The position numbers and the translations under genes were made by a program. A stretch of 55,759 bases of DNA, the filler included, from Stramenopiles sp. TOSAG23-2 (taxonomy: Eukaryota): the NCBI GenBank assembly GCA_900128395.1. It is 5 parts of 5 records of this genome, joined end to end, with 100 filler letters (N's around TTAATTAATTAA, not from the genome) between each part and the next. Parts side by side here need not be neighbours in the genome. Positions count along the whole stretch, not along the records: positions 1 to 11,101 come from LT649965.1; 4 more parts are not named here. One strand, 5' to 3'. Shown in pieces: positions 1-11,201 of the stretch (position 1 is the stretch's first letter; each line of letters begins with the position of its first letter). The notes under the pieces are model-generated. The model was not told the origin of the DNA and did not search any database. It saw only the letters and a list, made by a program, of their open reading frames with translations.

Positions 1-502
1 GTGGAGTAAATTATTTTTATAGTTCATACGAAAAATATTAATATTTGTTCAATTTGGGTGTGGGATAAGCCAAAGACTTCATCATGATATTTCCATTATT
101 AATATGTGCGTATTTAAAATCGTTCATCTCTGGGATCTCCAGGATCTCCACAATATTAAAATTTTGTTTGAAATATTTAAGGTTTTATGATTCATTAGCA
201 GGTAAATAGGGCGCAGTATTTGATTTTCGTTATGGACATATTATACTAACTGATTATTACATTTATTATATATCATCAATCAAATTATTTGAAACAAATG
301 ACGTAAACATAATTAAAACAACAAGATCATTTCCAGAGTACTGTTGCAAAACTATTTAAAATCAATTATTGTCAACTTAAATATAAAATTTAGAAGAAAT
401 ATTTTGTTGTGTTTGACTCAAATTGTAATAAATATATTTTTTAATCATTTAACAAATTACAAGTTCTCATTAGAGAGAGAATAATACTTATTTTAATTTA
501 AA

Positions 503-1845
503 ATGATGTGGGACATTTTAAAAACAAATATTTCATTTTATACTGTAACATTTTTCATCGCAATCAATATAGTGACTGATAAATGTGATGCGCAAACTAC
601 GTCTACATCAATGTACGATATTATTTTAGTGTCAACAACAACGTCGACGCCATCTTCAATAATAAATAATTCTAATAATACATTAAAAAATTACAACAAT
701 TTTACAAATAATTTAACAAACACCGCAAATAGTACATATGATCATAACAATAATGCATCAATTATAGAAACAGCTTTGCCCTCCAGTGCATCTCCATCTC
801 GTCCTATAAATGGATGGAGTGAAGTATGCAATTTATTTTGCCCTGCAATATGCGAAGCAGGACAATATAGAAACGAAGATAATTTATGTGCAAATTGTAC
901 ACGTGGTCTTATACAGATGCTATGAGCAGCATCAATTGTACAGTGTGCCCTGAAGATTCATATTCATCAGAACTTGGTAATGTTGCACTTGGTCAATGTA
1001 AACTTTGTAGTGATTTTGCTGACCATACTACAACCAATATGAAGGTAGGATGCACCAATCCTGTAGAATCGTGTATATGCAAGGGACAAGATGAGTCTGA
1101 TAATGATGGTATTGGATACGTACTAGCTCCAAAGGGTTCATCTGAATTGTGTTTGCAATGCCCAGTAGGTAGTATTTGTAAGCAAAATGGTGGCACTGTA
1201 GAAACATTAATAACTGCTAAAGGATATTGGAGAAACAAGATAGATTCTATTAGTTTTTACAGGTGTGAGTTGGTTGACATGTGCATTGGAAATGTTTCGC
1301 TGAGCGAAAATGAAACCGCTGATAAACAGTGTTATACGGGCCATACAGGACCGTTATGTAGTTCGTGTTTAGATCATTATACAGCTTCACAGGGACAATT
1401 ATGCACCAAGTGTGAAAATGGCACTTCATATGAAGGCATAACACATTCAGTTATCCTTGGAGGATGCGTTTACATGTTCCTTTTAATACTTTTATTTGTG
1501 TGTAAAACAAAACAAATTGAACGAAATAAAAAAGATGAGAACGAGAAAAATAAAGCAACGGAAGAAACAAAACAAGAAACAAACAAAGATAAAAATAAAA
1601 ATGCAATTCATCACCAAGGTACACATGATAAGTGGACACGTCAACGCACTGTAATTTACTATGTGGCGGTACAAGAGCGCGTTCAAATTTTATTAGGTTT
1701 TTTACAAATAAATGGGAGTTTAAATGTCTCATTTGATGTTCCATGGCCAGGAGAGTTTGAATCATTTCTTGATTTTTCGAAACTAGCTAATCTTGAAATT
1801 TCTGGATTTAGTCGTTTCAATTTTGTAGATTCTTGTAAATACTAA
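503..1845 (+). pseudogene. Cys-rich (CxxC-repeat, TNFR/ephrin-receptor-like) surface membrane protein, frameshifted near 908 and probably C-terminally truncated
   Basis: Signal peptide and S/T/N-rich stalk in ORF 503-925. CxxC repeats (CPEDSYS, CPVGSIC, GYWR, GHTGPLCSSC), a TM helix and the FLQI...VPWP motif in ORF 886-1845. Adding one T at ggt(t)ct tat aca joins the two frames as CTRGSYTDAMSS. Confidence 0.65.
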
Positions 1846-2373
1846 CGAGATTTCTTTTCGTTTGGGCTTTCATTTTAATTTTTAATTTTCCTTAATATAT
1901 ATATTAGTTATATAAAATGATATAATTGCTGTGAAATATGATTAAGGATATATTATTATAAGAAGGCACTTCAAAATTTACTTTTGTGCTTCTTGGAACA
2001 CGAAATCAATGGGAGTTGGTGCTGTGAAGGGCCCGCCCATTATACCACTATACTGGTGGTAATATTTGGGCTTTTTTAATAGCATGATCACATCATCAGG
2101 AATCCATGGCAATCCAGCAATCCAGCAATCCTGCCGCAATCTCAACAATCCAGCAATCAGAAGGATTCGCCGGTTGTTCGCCATTTTCGGACGCCTGGCC
2201 GCACGCATCATCAATTAACTACAGTATTAATCTAGAATATATTAACAATTATAAAAAGAATAAAATGTACAAACAACAAACAAGAAGAGAAAATACAAAA
2301 AACATCATATCAGATAATAACATAATTATAAAAACAACAACAATTCCATTTTTTTAAAACAAAAAAATTAAAC

Positions 2374-3633
2374 ATGAGTTTGACAAGAAAAACATACGTA
2401 CTTGGAGGCCATATTACGAAATTTATTGGTTCTCGTCATCCAGATTTTATATGGAAGAAACATCCAGAATTTGGAAAAAAAGAAAACCCAATATTGGAAG
2501 ATTATATTGACGAAGCAGTGAATGGTGCGTTGGAGAATACGGGTGTAAACGCTGAATCAATTGAAAAAGCATGGATTGGTAACTTTTGCGGGGAATTATT
2601 CTCAAATCAAGGTCATTTAGGCGCTGCTGTTGTTGGTGCAAATCCAGGATTAATGCATAAACCAGTTATGCGTGTTGAAGGTGCTTGTGCTTCTGGTGGA
2701 CTTGCTTTTACAAGTGCTGTTGATGCTATCCAAGGTGGTGCTGACGTTACTTTAGTAGCAGGTGCCGAAGTGCAAACAAATGCAAGCGCACGTGTTGGTG
2801 GTGATTATTTAGCACGCGCATCTCATTACACCCGTCAACGTGGCATTGATGATTTTACGTTTCCAGCTATTTTTGCTAGAAGAATTAAAGCATGTCAAGA
2901 AGGTCTTGGTATTACCCCAGAAGATTTAGGAACATTATCTGCAAAAGCATATGCTAATGCAAATAAAAACCCAAAAGCACATATGACCGCAGTAAAAATG
3001 GATAAAGAGACCGCATCAAATACGAGTGATAAAAATCCATGTTTCCTTGGAAACGAAGAATTAAATCCATATTTACGTTTAAGTGATTGTAGTCAAGTAA
3101 GTGATGGTGGTGCTGCATTGATTTTAGTTTCAGAGGAAGGATTAAAAAAATTAGGTAAATCTCCATCTGATGCTATGGAACTTGTTGGAATTGGCCATGC
3201 AACAGGTAATTTATATGAAGATAGCGATCCATTGAAACTTGATACAACAGAAGCTGCTGCAAATAAAGCATATGAAATGTCTGGTTTATCTTCCGATGAT
3301 ATTAATGTTGCTGAAGTACATGATTGCTTCACAATTACAGAAGTATTGATGATGGAAGCATTAGGCTTTGCAGCACAAGGTGAAGGTAAGGATTTAGTAC
3401 GTGATGGTTCTTTGGAAATTGATGGCCGAATCCCATGTAATACTGGTGGAGGTTTAGTTGGATTTGGACATCCAGTTGGCGCTACTGGTGTAAAACAAAT
3501 ATTAGAAGTTTACCGTCAAATGAAAGGACAATGTGGTGGTTATCAAATGAGCACAGCACCAACTCATGGTATCACAGCTAATATGGGAGGAGATGATAAG
3601 ACAAGTGTTGTTGGAATTTTTAAAAATTGTTAA
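2374..3633 (+). CDS. SCP2-type thiolase (acetyl-CoA C-acyltransferase)
   Basis: EGACASGG nucleophile loop, VAEVHDCF, GHPVGATG and C-terminal NMGG; lacks the NEAF and CxG motifs of classical thiolases. Confidence 0.95.
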   Translation: MSLTRKTYVLGGHITKFIGSRHPDFIWKKHPEFGKKENPILEDYIDEAVNGALENTGVNAESIEKAWIGNFCGELFSNQGHLGAAVVGANPGLMHKPVMRVEGACASGGLAFTSAVDAIQGGADVTLVAGAEVQTNASARVGGDYLARASHYTRQRGIDDFTFPAIFARRIKACQEGLGITPEDLGTLSAKAYANANKNPKAHMTAVKMDKETASNTSDKNPCFLGNEELNPYLRLSDCSQVSDGGAALILVSEEGLKKLGKSPSDAMELVGIGHATGNLYEDSDPLKLDTTEAAANKAYEMSGLSSDDINVAEVHDCFTITEVLMMEALGFAAQGEGKDLVRDGSLEIDGRIPCNTGGGLVGFGHPVGATGVKQILEVYRQMKGQCGGYQMSTAPTHGITANMGGDDKTSVVGIFKNC

Positions 3634-3926
3634 AAAAAGAAGTGTTGTAATTTATAATTTTATCATATCATATTTATAAAATACATTGTCAGAAACAAAC
3701 GGGGAGAGACAAAGTAAAAAATCATTTTTGAAATAAAAAATTACGACGAATCAAAAAAATATTTTTAAATCGATAAACATCTGTATTTTTTCTAGAATCA
3801 TACGAATACAAAATACTTTTATAATATTTTAAAAAACACGAGACGAGAATGTTTTCTTTTTCGCATACACTCTTTTTTTTACAGAAACTTTTCTTTTCAA
3901 AAAGCACCCCCCCCCCTACCAGCCTA

Positions 3927-5177
3927 TTACATCTTCCTCAACAAATATTCATAATATTCAGAATGCATTGAATCAGTCTTAAATAGACCAGATAATAATT
4001 CTTTTCGTTTATTATTTATATCATTAATTGTTGAATCATGATCCGCCATTACCACATTTGAATTTTTCAACAATGTCACTTTCTTTTCAAATAAAAATGT
4101 TAAGTGTAATTTACCCCATTTTGATGTAGGTTCGACATTTAATAATTCATTACACATTTTAATTTCCGTATCAATTAAATTAATACACCATGCACGTGCT
4201 GTTAATGATTTTTCCAATGCTTCTGCATCATTATCAGTGGTAGTAGCACGTTTTAATTTTACTTCCGTATCTTCATCTGTTTTTTTTGAATTGTCGTCTT
4301 CCTTTGACGGAACAGTAAGATTATCTGCAGATGTTAAAGAATTCAATCGATTTAAAAAATTTTCATAAAATGTAAAATCCAATAATTGTTCATTACTACT
4401 ATCATCAACAACAAATAAATCAATTGCTTGTGTTATTAACCAACGATGATATATCCATGCAGTTTGATCATCTGGTTCCGTAAAAATTGCTGTATCCACC
4501 GTTTTCAATTCGTTTTTAATTTCTTCCATCGTTAATTTTAATGTCTTTGAACGCTCATGCCATGCTGAATAATTACTAAAATTTCGTTGAATCAACGTAT
4601 CAGTAAATTGAACCTCTTTATTACATATTTCATCTTTCGATAAGTTATTTAATTTTGATAACACACAACGACGATAGTTCCAACAATGAAAATTTCTTTC
4701 ATCTCTTTCTAAAAATTGTGCTGTTAATTGCAATTCTTTTTCCAAGTTCGTGATGCCACCATTTGACAACACCCATTTTCGATGATGCCATGCATAATAG
4801 GATTTTGGATTACGTTTTGATAAAGCAGTTTCTGTCAACATTGATTCTTTCAAATACATTTTATTTAAATCTTCTTGTGTTATTTGACTTTTATTGTCTT
4901 TATCACCATCTTCATTTGTTGTTGGTGGTGTAGGTTGAAAATTATTAAAATGATGTGCCAATATTTCACGTCGATATCCCCATATGGTGTAAAAATCAGG
5001 GTTTACAACGACCATTTTCGATGTCAATTCTAACGTTTTCAACGATGTATCTTTTTTACCTCGTTTTGCTAATAAGACGGCTGCCAATTTTTTATATGCT
5101 TTCATTTTTGCTTGTTTTTTTAATACTTCTTTTTCATTAGGTGCAACACCTTTTGGAAGACGTTTTCTGCCATGCAT
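3927..5177 (-). CDS. RABGGTA: Geranylgeranyltransferase type II (Rab GGTase) alpha subunit
   Basis: MHGRKR start; PPTA repeats NPDFYTIWGYRR, NPKSYYAWHHRKW, DERNFHCWNYRR, NFSNYSAWHERS, EPDDQTAWIYHRWL. Confidence 0.95.
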   Translation of the reverse strand: MHGRKRLPKGVAPNEKEVLKKQAKMKAYKKLAAVLLAKRGKKDTSLKTLELTSKMVVVNPDFYTIWGYRREILAHHFNNFQPTPPTTNEDGDKDNKSQITQEDLNKMYLKESMLTETALSKRNPKSYYAWHHRKWVLSNGGITNLEKELQLTAQFLERDERNFHCWNYRRCVLSKLNNLSKDEICNKEVQFTDTLIQRNFSNYSAWHERSKTLKLTMEEIKNELKTVDTAIFTEPDDQTAWIYHRWLITQAIDLFVVDDSSNEQLLDFTFYENFLNRLNSLTSADNLTVPSKEDDNSKKTDEDTEVKLKRATTTDNDAEALEKSLTARAWCINLIDTEIKMCNELLNVEPTSKWGKLHLTFLFEKKVTLLKNSNVVMADHDSTINDINNKRKELLSGLFKTDSMHSEYYEYLLRKM

Positions 5178-5691
5178 TGTTGTTATTAATTTATATTGAT
5201 GATAATAATAATATTGGCTTTAAAATTTTGTTTCTACTTTCACTTTGTATTGTTATATTTGTATCTATATATACGTTGAGTCTAGTAATATACACAAGAA
5301 AAACACTGCACTTTCAAATTAGTAGATGTATATAAAGTATTATTTTGTCGTGTTGATTTCAATTTTTTTTTTCACTTTTTTCTGTGGAGCACATCATTTT
5401 TTGTTTATAATTTTATTAACATCAATTATTATTTAATTTGTTTGTCGTCCAGTTACAGTATTATCATTCACATAATAATATTCAGCTTCATCATCAACAA
5501 CAACAAGCTTTTATATTATCCAGCTTACCATATTAATATACCACTTTCGTCGTGCATTCTTTCTGCTTTAGGCTTTAACAAAAGAAATAGGACAAGCACA
5601 TATTGAAACATTAATAAAAAATAAAATAGAAGCCGAAGAAGGAATAAATTAATATTTTTTTGGTAATATCAAGCAATATACAAATAAGATC

Positions 5692-6504
5692 ATGGCCTCT
5701 ATTTTAAATTGGATTCAAGCTGATGAGAAAAAAGCATCGTCAAAACATGCTAATTCATATACACATGCAATATTTTCAATATTTTTTGGTTTGTTAGGAT
5801 CAGTTGGGTTAGGATATTTAGCTGTAAAACATAATATTGTAAATAATAACGGCATTGAGGTAGATACAGAAACAATGAAAGGGTATGAATATATTGGGTA
5901 TTTTTTCGCATCATATCATGTAGTTATGATTATATGCCGTACATCAGTAAAAGGTCCAGAAGAATTATATAACCAATTATGGGCATGTAATACTGGCATG
6001 GCATTAGCCACTGTTGGTATATTTTTACACCGCCGTGTATTAGTGGGCGCAGCAGTGGCTGTTGTTTCAATTGATCAATGTTTATGGTACATAGATTGTA
6101 TTTTTAAATTGACAACTGGGAAATTTAAAGTTGGTGTTGCAAAATATCTTGATTGGCCAGAAACACCTTTTGTACAAAAATTATTTTCATGGCATCATTT
6201 ATGGTTTTTACCCGTATGTATTTATTATTTACGTAATACTGGGAATGGTACAATGCCAAATGGATCATTGTATTTAGCAATGATTGGTGTTTTTTCAATG
6301 GGATTGATTTCGCGTATATTAACACCACGTGATTTAAATATAAATATGTGTTTTGAATGTTGGCAAGATGTACATGTATCGTTGTTTCATTTATGTGATA
6401 ATAAAGCGGCATTTATTTATTTACCATGGTTGGTAATTTTATTTAATATTTTAATGATTATTCCATGGCAATTGATGTTGTTTTTGGTAAGAGTGAGAGT
6501 GTAA
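5692..6504 (+). CDS. Multi-pass membrane protein, function unknown
   Basis: 270-aa ORF with about 7 hydrophobic segments and conserved-looking polar motifs (LWACN, DQCLWYID, GVAKYLDWP, HHLWFLP). Confidence 0.8.
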   Translation: MASILNWIQADEKKASSKHANSYTHAIFSIFFGLLGSVGLGYLAVKHNIVNNNGIEVDTETMKGYEYIGYFFASYHVVMIICRTSVKGPEELYNQLWACNTGMALATVGIFLHRRVLVGAAVAVVSIDQCLWYIDCIFKLTTGKFKVGVAKYLDWPETPFVQKLFSWHHLWFLPVCIYYLRNTGNGTMPNGSLYLAMIGVFSMGLISRILTPRDLNINMCFECWQDVHVSLFHLCDNKAAFIYLPWLVILFNILMIIPWQLMLFLVRVRV

Positions 6505-6540
6505 AAAGTATTTTAATACGCACACGGTGTAGTAGATGAC

Positions 6541-6572
<32 letters not shown>

Positions 6573-6734
6573 CAATGTTTCAAAGTGTGTGTGTGGTATG
6601 TATTTTTTAAATGAAAAACCTTCGTAAAATATTTTTTTATATTAATTTTTTATTTTTTTTGAATCACACACACATGAACATGCAAACACACACAAAAAGC
6701 TACACGTAATTTTATACTCTCGTACGTACTTTTA

Positions 6735-8060
6735 TCATGAACAACAACTTAAAAATTGTTCTTGTAACAAATTATCATTTAAATTTTTTCCAATAAATAC
6801 AATATTGCTAGATATAATATCCTCATACGCACCTTCCCTTCTAACATCAAATAAACGATTCGTTTTCAGGACAGCATGGACGCCTTGAATGACTATAGGA
6901 TATTCTAAATCATCCTCCATGAAAACTATTCCTTTCACACGATAAATATCCCGTGCTTTTGCTTCCAAGATATTATGCAACCAAGTATATAATAATTTAC
7001 GATTTAATGGTTTATTTGATGAGACACATATCGATTTAATACTATTGGTATGTTCATGGTGGTGGTGGTGGTCGTGGTCATTAATATCGTGATCATGGTC
7101 ATGGTGATGGTGATCATCGTGTATATGCGTAGTATGTGTATCCATGCTATTTTTAAATACTGATTGATCAAAACTTTTTTGACATAAAATATTATCTAAT
7201 GATATTTTCGAATATGTACTTTTCACAATTGGTGCAAGTGAATTGATAGATTGTATGGATTCAAGACATTCATTTTCTTTAGTTGAAATATCATCATCAC
7301 TATTTGCGAATAATAAATCGATTTTATTCATAACAATTAATGTTGAATAGGATAATTGCGTCTCGACTTCTACAACTTTTGTATTTAAATCATTAATAAA
7401 ATTACTTGAATCAATTAAACATATAATACCATCTAAATAAAAATTGGAACGTGAAAATTCTTCTGATAAAAATGTGAGTATTGTTGGAGATGGATCGGCA
7501 AGACCACTAAGCTCAACAAATACGCCATCTAATTCTGCAATTCCACTATCACGTATACGAACCAATTGTTCCAAAACCCGCGATGTACCTTTGATACCAC
7601 CACTGGTACCGGATGATACACAACACATACAACCATTTTTCATTACTATGATACCATCATCCACCACACCCATATTTTGTTCTATTAAAGTATGATCTAT
7701 AGATACGCTTCCAACTTCATTTACAATAACAGCAAATTTCTTATTGTGATCTGGTGATTTTAATATATTGTTCAACAATGTAGTTTTACCACTACCAAGG
7801 AAGCCTGTTATGATATACATAGGTATCAATGAATTCGAAGATACATGGTTTTTATCTAGATTATTATTATTATTATTATCATTATTATTATCACGCCCAA
7901 CCATTAATTTTTCTACTAATTGGCTAATTTTAACCCGTTCTTTAAATTCTAATAATTGTGCAACAACATTTGCAATGAAAATACTTACAACAGTTAAGAC
8001 AATGAACGATCCATATTGTCCTAGTGTTTCGTGGAAAGAATTTAATAAGGATGATAACAT
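6735..8060 (-). CDS. COG0523/CobW-family (ZNG1/CBWD-like) G3E zinc metallochaperone GTPase
   Basis: GFLGSGKTT Walker A, NEVG, GCMCC metal motif, ELSGLADP, NKID, His-rich linker, and a CobW_C domain (IYRVKG...IQGVH...IVFIG). Confidence 0.93.
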   Translation of the reverse strand: MLSSLLNSFHETLGQYGSFIVLTVVSIFIANVVAQLLEFKERVKISQLVEKLMVGRDNNNDNNNNNNLDKNHVSSNSLIPMYIITGFLGSGKTTLLNNILKSPDHNKKFAVIVNEVGSVSIDHTLIEQNMGVVDDGIIVMKNGCMCCVSSGTSGGIKGTSRVLEQLVRIRDSGIAELDGVFVELSGLADPSPTILTFLSEEFSRSNFYLDGIICLIDSSNFINDLNTKVVEVETQLSYSTLIVMNKIDLLFANSDDDISTKENECLESIQSINSLAPIVKSTYSKISLDNILCQKSFDQSVFKNSMDTHTTHIHDDHHHHDHDHDINDHDHHHHHEHTNSIKSICVSSNKPLNRKLLYTWLHNILEAKARDIYRVKGIVFMEDDLEYPIVIQGVHAVLKTNRLFDVRREGAYEDIISSNIVFIGKNLNDNLLQEQFLSCCS

Positions 8061-8372
8061 TTTTAAAGTTGTATATAAAATGGTGTTAATTGTTGTATAT
8101 ATTTTATTCTTTGGAATCTCTACTATCTCTGCATTGATTTTTCTTTTTTTGAATATTTTATAAAATATATTTACAGGTAATTATAATAGTGGTGTCGTGT
8201 CTCCGCCACCATTGTATTATTATCACATTTCAAATAATAAATAATAATAAAAAATAACTCGAACTAAATTATATAGAACTAATAGAAGAAAACAAACAAA
8301 TCAGAATTGTTACAAATAGTGAATATGCGCATGCGATGAAACACATCACTCTTACAAATCTAATTACATACA

Positions 8373-9614
8373 ATGTCCATTTTTGATACCTCTAAATGTA
8401 TGAAGAAATTACGACTTTCATTTTTACTTATATTATTATTTGCATTTACATTATATTATTATAATGTGAAAAAAGAAATTAAAAGAAAAAAATTGAAATC
8501 ATCATCTGCATTAAAACATTTACGTGCTGCTACTATAGCATTAGTTAAAAATTCTACTTTAGCTACTTATAAATTTAAATATGCTGATTTCATTGTACAT
8601 AATATGACACATAACTTACCATCCCGTTTGAAAGATGATGTATTTAATCATTTTGATATTGATAAATGTTTGATTTCAAAAATATTACATCAAACTTGGA
8701 AAAAAAATAAAGTCGAAGAATTATATAAAAATTATATCATGTCATGGTTGGAAAAAAATCAAGATTGGTCATATTCATTTACTACGAATGAATTAAATAG
8801 AATATTTATGGAAACAAAATTTCCTGAATTTCTTGAAATGTTTGATAATTATAAAAGTGAAATTCAACGAGCTGATGCGGTTCGATATTTTTTATTGTAT
8901 GAATATGGTGGTATATATGCTGATATTGATTTTGAAGCGTTAAAATCTATGAATACATTTTTAGATGAAAATTTTCATTCCAGTGATGGTACTGGTATTA
9001 AAAATGGTTGTATTGTTGGACAAGAACCATTTGAACATGCACATATATTATATAATAAAAAACGTTTAATTTGTAATGCAATTATGATGTCCTGTCCAAA
9101 ACATCCTTTTTGGTTAATTGTATTTCAAGAATTGATATTACGTAAAAATATCAAAACGGTACGTGCTACTGGCCCAAAAATGTTATCAGCAGCATTAAAT
9201 AAATACGAAGAACTTTTAAAACATAGTAATAATGGTGTTGGAAATTATTTAACTTTACCATCTGTCTATGTACCATCACCATATCTATTTTATCCAAATT
9301 TCGATGATGCAAATTCAAATCATCGTAAAAATTGTAGAAATGAATATAGAAATGCAAGTATCAATCGCGCAATTGCATGTGAAAAACTTGAAAGTACAAA
9401 CTATCAGAACGATCCAAAGAGACGTGAATCAGCTGTTGCAATACATCATTGGGCACATACATGGCATCGTCCAAATATGAATGGATATGGTAAATTATAT
9501 TCAATAGATGACATTTGTAATGATAAAGCAGTAGCTTGGACAAAAGCAAATGATGTAGATGGTAGAGTTGGTAGTAGACGGGTTAATTTGTTAAAAAAAA
9601 TATCTAGGAATTGA
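8373..9614 (+). CDS. GT32-family (DXD, SUR1/OCH1-like) glycosyltransferase, type II membrane
   Basis: N-terminal TM; KILHQTWK, RADAVRYFLLYEYGGIYADID, NAIMMSCPKHPFW, ATGP, HHWAHTW. Confidence 0.9.
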   Translation: MSIFDTSKCMKKLRLSFLLILLFAFTLYYYNVKKEIKRKKLKSSSALKHLRAATIALVKNSTLATYKFKYADFIVHNMTHNLPSRLKDDVFNHFDIDKCLISKILHQTWKKNKVEELYKNYIMSWLEKNQDWSYSFTTNELNRIFMETKFPEFLEMFDNYKSEIQRADAVRYFLLYEYGGIYADIDFEALKSMNTFLDENFHSSDGTGIKNGCIVGQEPFEHAHILYNKKRLICNAIMMSCPKHPFWLIVFQELILRKNIKTVRATGPKMLSAALNKYEELLKHSNNGVGNYLTLPSVYVPSPYLFYPNFDDANSNHRKNCRNEYRNASINRAIACEKLESTNYQNDPKRRESAVAIHHWAHTWHRPNMNGYGKLYSIDDICNDKAVAWTKANDVDGRVGSRRVNLLKKISRN

Positions 9615-9718
9615 TGAGAGAGAGAGAGAGTTATAATTTTTATGTACGAAGTATTATTTTTTCAGACAAGATAATTATTCCGCGCGTATTATTTAAAATT
9701 TACCCCACACATTAAAAT

Positions 9719-10387
9719 TTACTCATCAACTTTTTCATCATCTTTCGTTTCATTTGGTTTTTCTTCTTCTTGCTGTTGTTCTTGTTCTTGTTGTTGCTGC
9801 TGCTCTTCTTCTTTTGGTTTATCATCATCCTTGGTATCGTTTTTTACCTTTGTTGATTTTAATTTCTCTTCTCGTTTCTCCGCAACGATAATCATATTTT
9901 CTAAAAACAACATAAATCTAGCATGCATTGGAGAATTTGTTGCAAAATCAATACGTTCTTGATCGGATAATGATAAACCATCTCGTACGAAATGCCCAAA
10001 TTCATCACGATCTAACTCACCATCACCATTCTCATCAATTTCATCTAGAAATTTCTTTACTTCGAAGGGATTAGGTTTGTCACTATCTTCTCCATCCCAT
10101 GCCATGACATCTCCAATCAATGTACTGAACTCATAGGCATCAATAACACCATTACCATCATTATCATAACGTTTCCATACTAAGTTTGTAATCAATGCAA
10201 CATGTTTTAATATTGTATCATCAGATAATTTCCCCGTTTCATTATCTACTTCATTTTTATTATTATCAATACCATCCACTTTGATTTGATCATTCATACT
10301 TTCTGGGATAACCAAACCTAAACCACCACCATCATCAGGTGCAACTTTGGTTAAATTGCTATCTTCTTTTGATCCACCACATCCCAT
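9719..10387 (-). CDS. N-myristoylated/palmitoylated EF-hand calcium-binding protein
   Basis: Likely start MGCGGSK at 10387 (dual acylation motif); EF loops DNDGNGVIDAYE and DENGDGELDRDE. Confidence 0.85.
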   Translation of the reverse strand: MGCGGSKEDSNLTKVAPDDGGGLGLVIPESMNDQIKVDGIDNNKNEVDNETGKLSDDTILKHVALITNLVWKRYDNDGNGVIDAYEFSTLIGDVMAWDGEDSDKPNPFEVKKFLDEIDENGDGELDRDEFGHFVRDGLSLSDQERIDFATNSPMHARFMLFLENMIIVAEKREEKLKSTKVKNDTKDDDKPKEEEQQQQQEQEQQQEEEKPNETKDDEKVDE

Positions 10388-10714
10388 GGTTGTGTTTGTG
10401 TGTGTGTGTGTGTGTTTTATTTTCAAGTATATCTTTTGTGATTTGATGGAAGAATATGTGTATGTATACAGTATATATATATATACAGAGTATATATTTA
10501 TGATCGGTATCATCACTGCAAAACTGATTCTCAACTGCTTCATCAGCAAAAATGTGCTAAATACATGGTATTAATAAAGCTGAAATTACTATAGAAATAG
10601 CATCAGATATAAATGAAATAAAACCCTGTAATGAACATGAAAATATTATAACGATGCGCTCACCATTAACGATTAATATGCTATCAAATTTTCAACCGGA
10701 AAAACAACCACAAA

Positions 10715-11101
10715 TTTTGCTTTTTTTATTTTCATAAAAGATAACAAGGAAACTCCTGAAATTAATGCTTTTGCTAAAATATTAGGAATATTACAACCTA
10801 ACAACTTTTCCACACAATTTGTTGTTAGGTAATATCTGTCATCACCAACTTTATTGCAGTTGTTTAACTATTTTGCTTTTTTTATTTTCATAAAAGATAA
10901 CAAGGAAACTCCTGAAATTAATGCTTTTGCTAAAATATTAGGAATGTTACAACCTAACAACTTTTCCACACAATTTGTTGTTAGGTAATATCCGTCATCA
11001 CCAACTTTATTGCAGTTGTTTAACTATTTTGCTTTTTTTATTTTCATAAAAGATAACAAGGAAACTCCTGAAATTAATGCTTTTGCTAAAATATTAGGAA
11101 T
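10715..11101. repeat. 156-bp tandem repeat (at least 2.5 copies) at scaffold end
   Basis: Units start at 10715, 10871 and 11027; near-identical with two substitutions seen between the first two units. Confidence 0.95.
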
Positions 11102-11201
11102 NNNNNNNNNNNNNNNNNNNNNNNNNNNNNNNNNNNNNNNNNNNNTTAATTAATTAANNNNNNNNNNNNNNNNNNNNNNNNNNNNNNNNNNNNNNNNNNN
11201 N
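11102..11201. other. Artificial scaffold linker
   Basis: N44-TTAATTAATTAA-N44 (stop codons in all six frames). Confidence 0.99.

Noticed and set aside
2101-2160. CAATCCAG repeats and short ORFs upstream of the thiolase
   Set aside because: A simple 8-bp minisatellite; the ORFs have no protein-like features.
5555-5651. Orphan exon-like segment (pyrimidine tract-AG then ALTKEIGQAHIETLIKNKIEAEEGIN*)
   Set aside because: No upstream exon or start could be identified; too short to support.
10388-10549. N-terminal extension of the EF-hand ORF in the ORF track
   Set aside because: It translates TA/CA microsatellite UTR; the MGCGGSK acylation motif marks the real start.
11102-11201. TTAATTAATTAA palindrome within N runs (also at 22290, 33456, 44617)
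   Set aside because: Artificial six-frame-stop linker; the steadily falling segment lengths show size-sorted concatenation. Gene neighbourhoods across linkers are meaningless.
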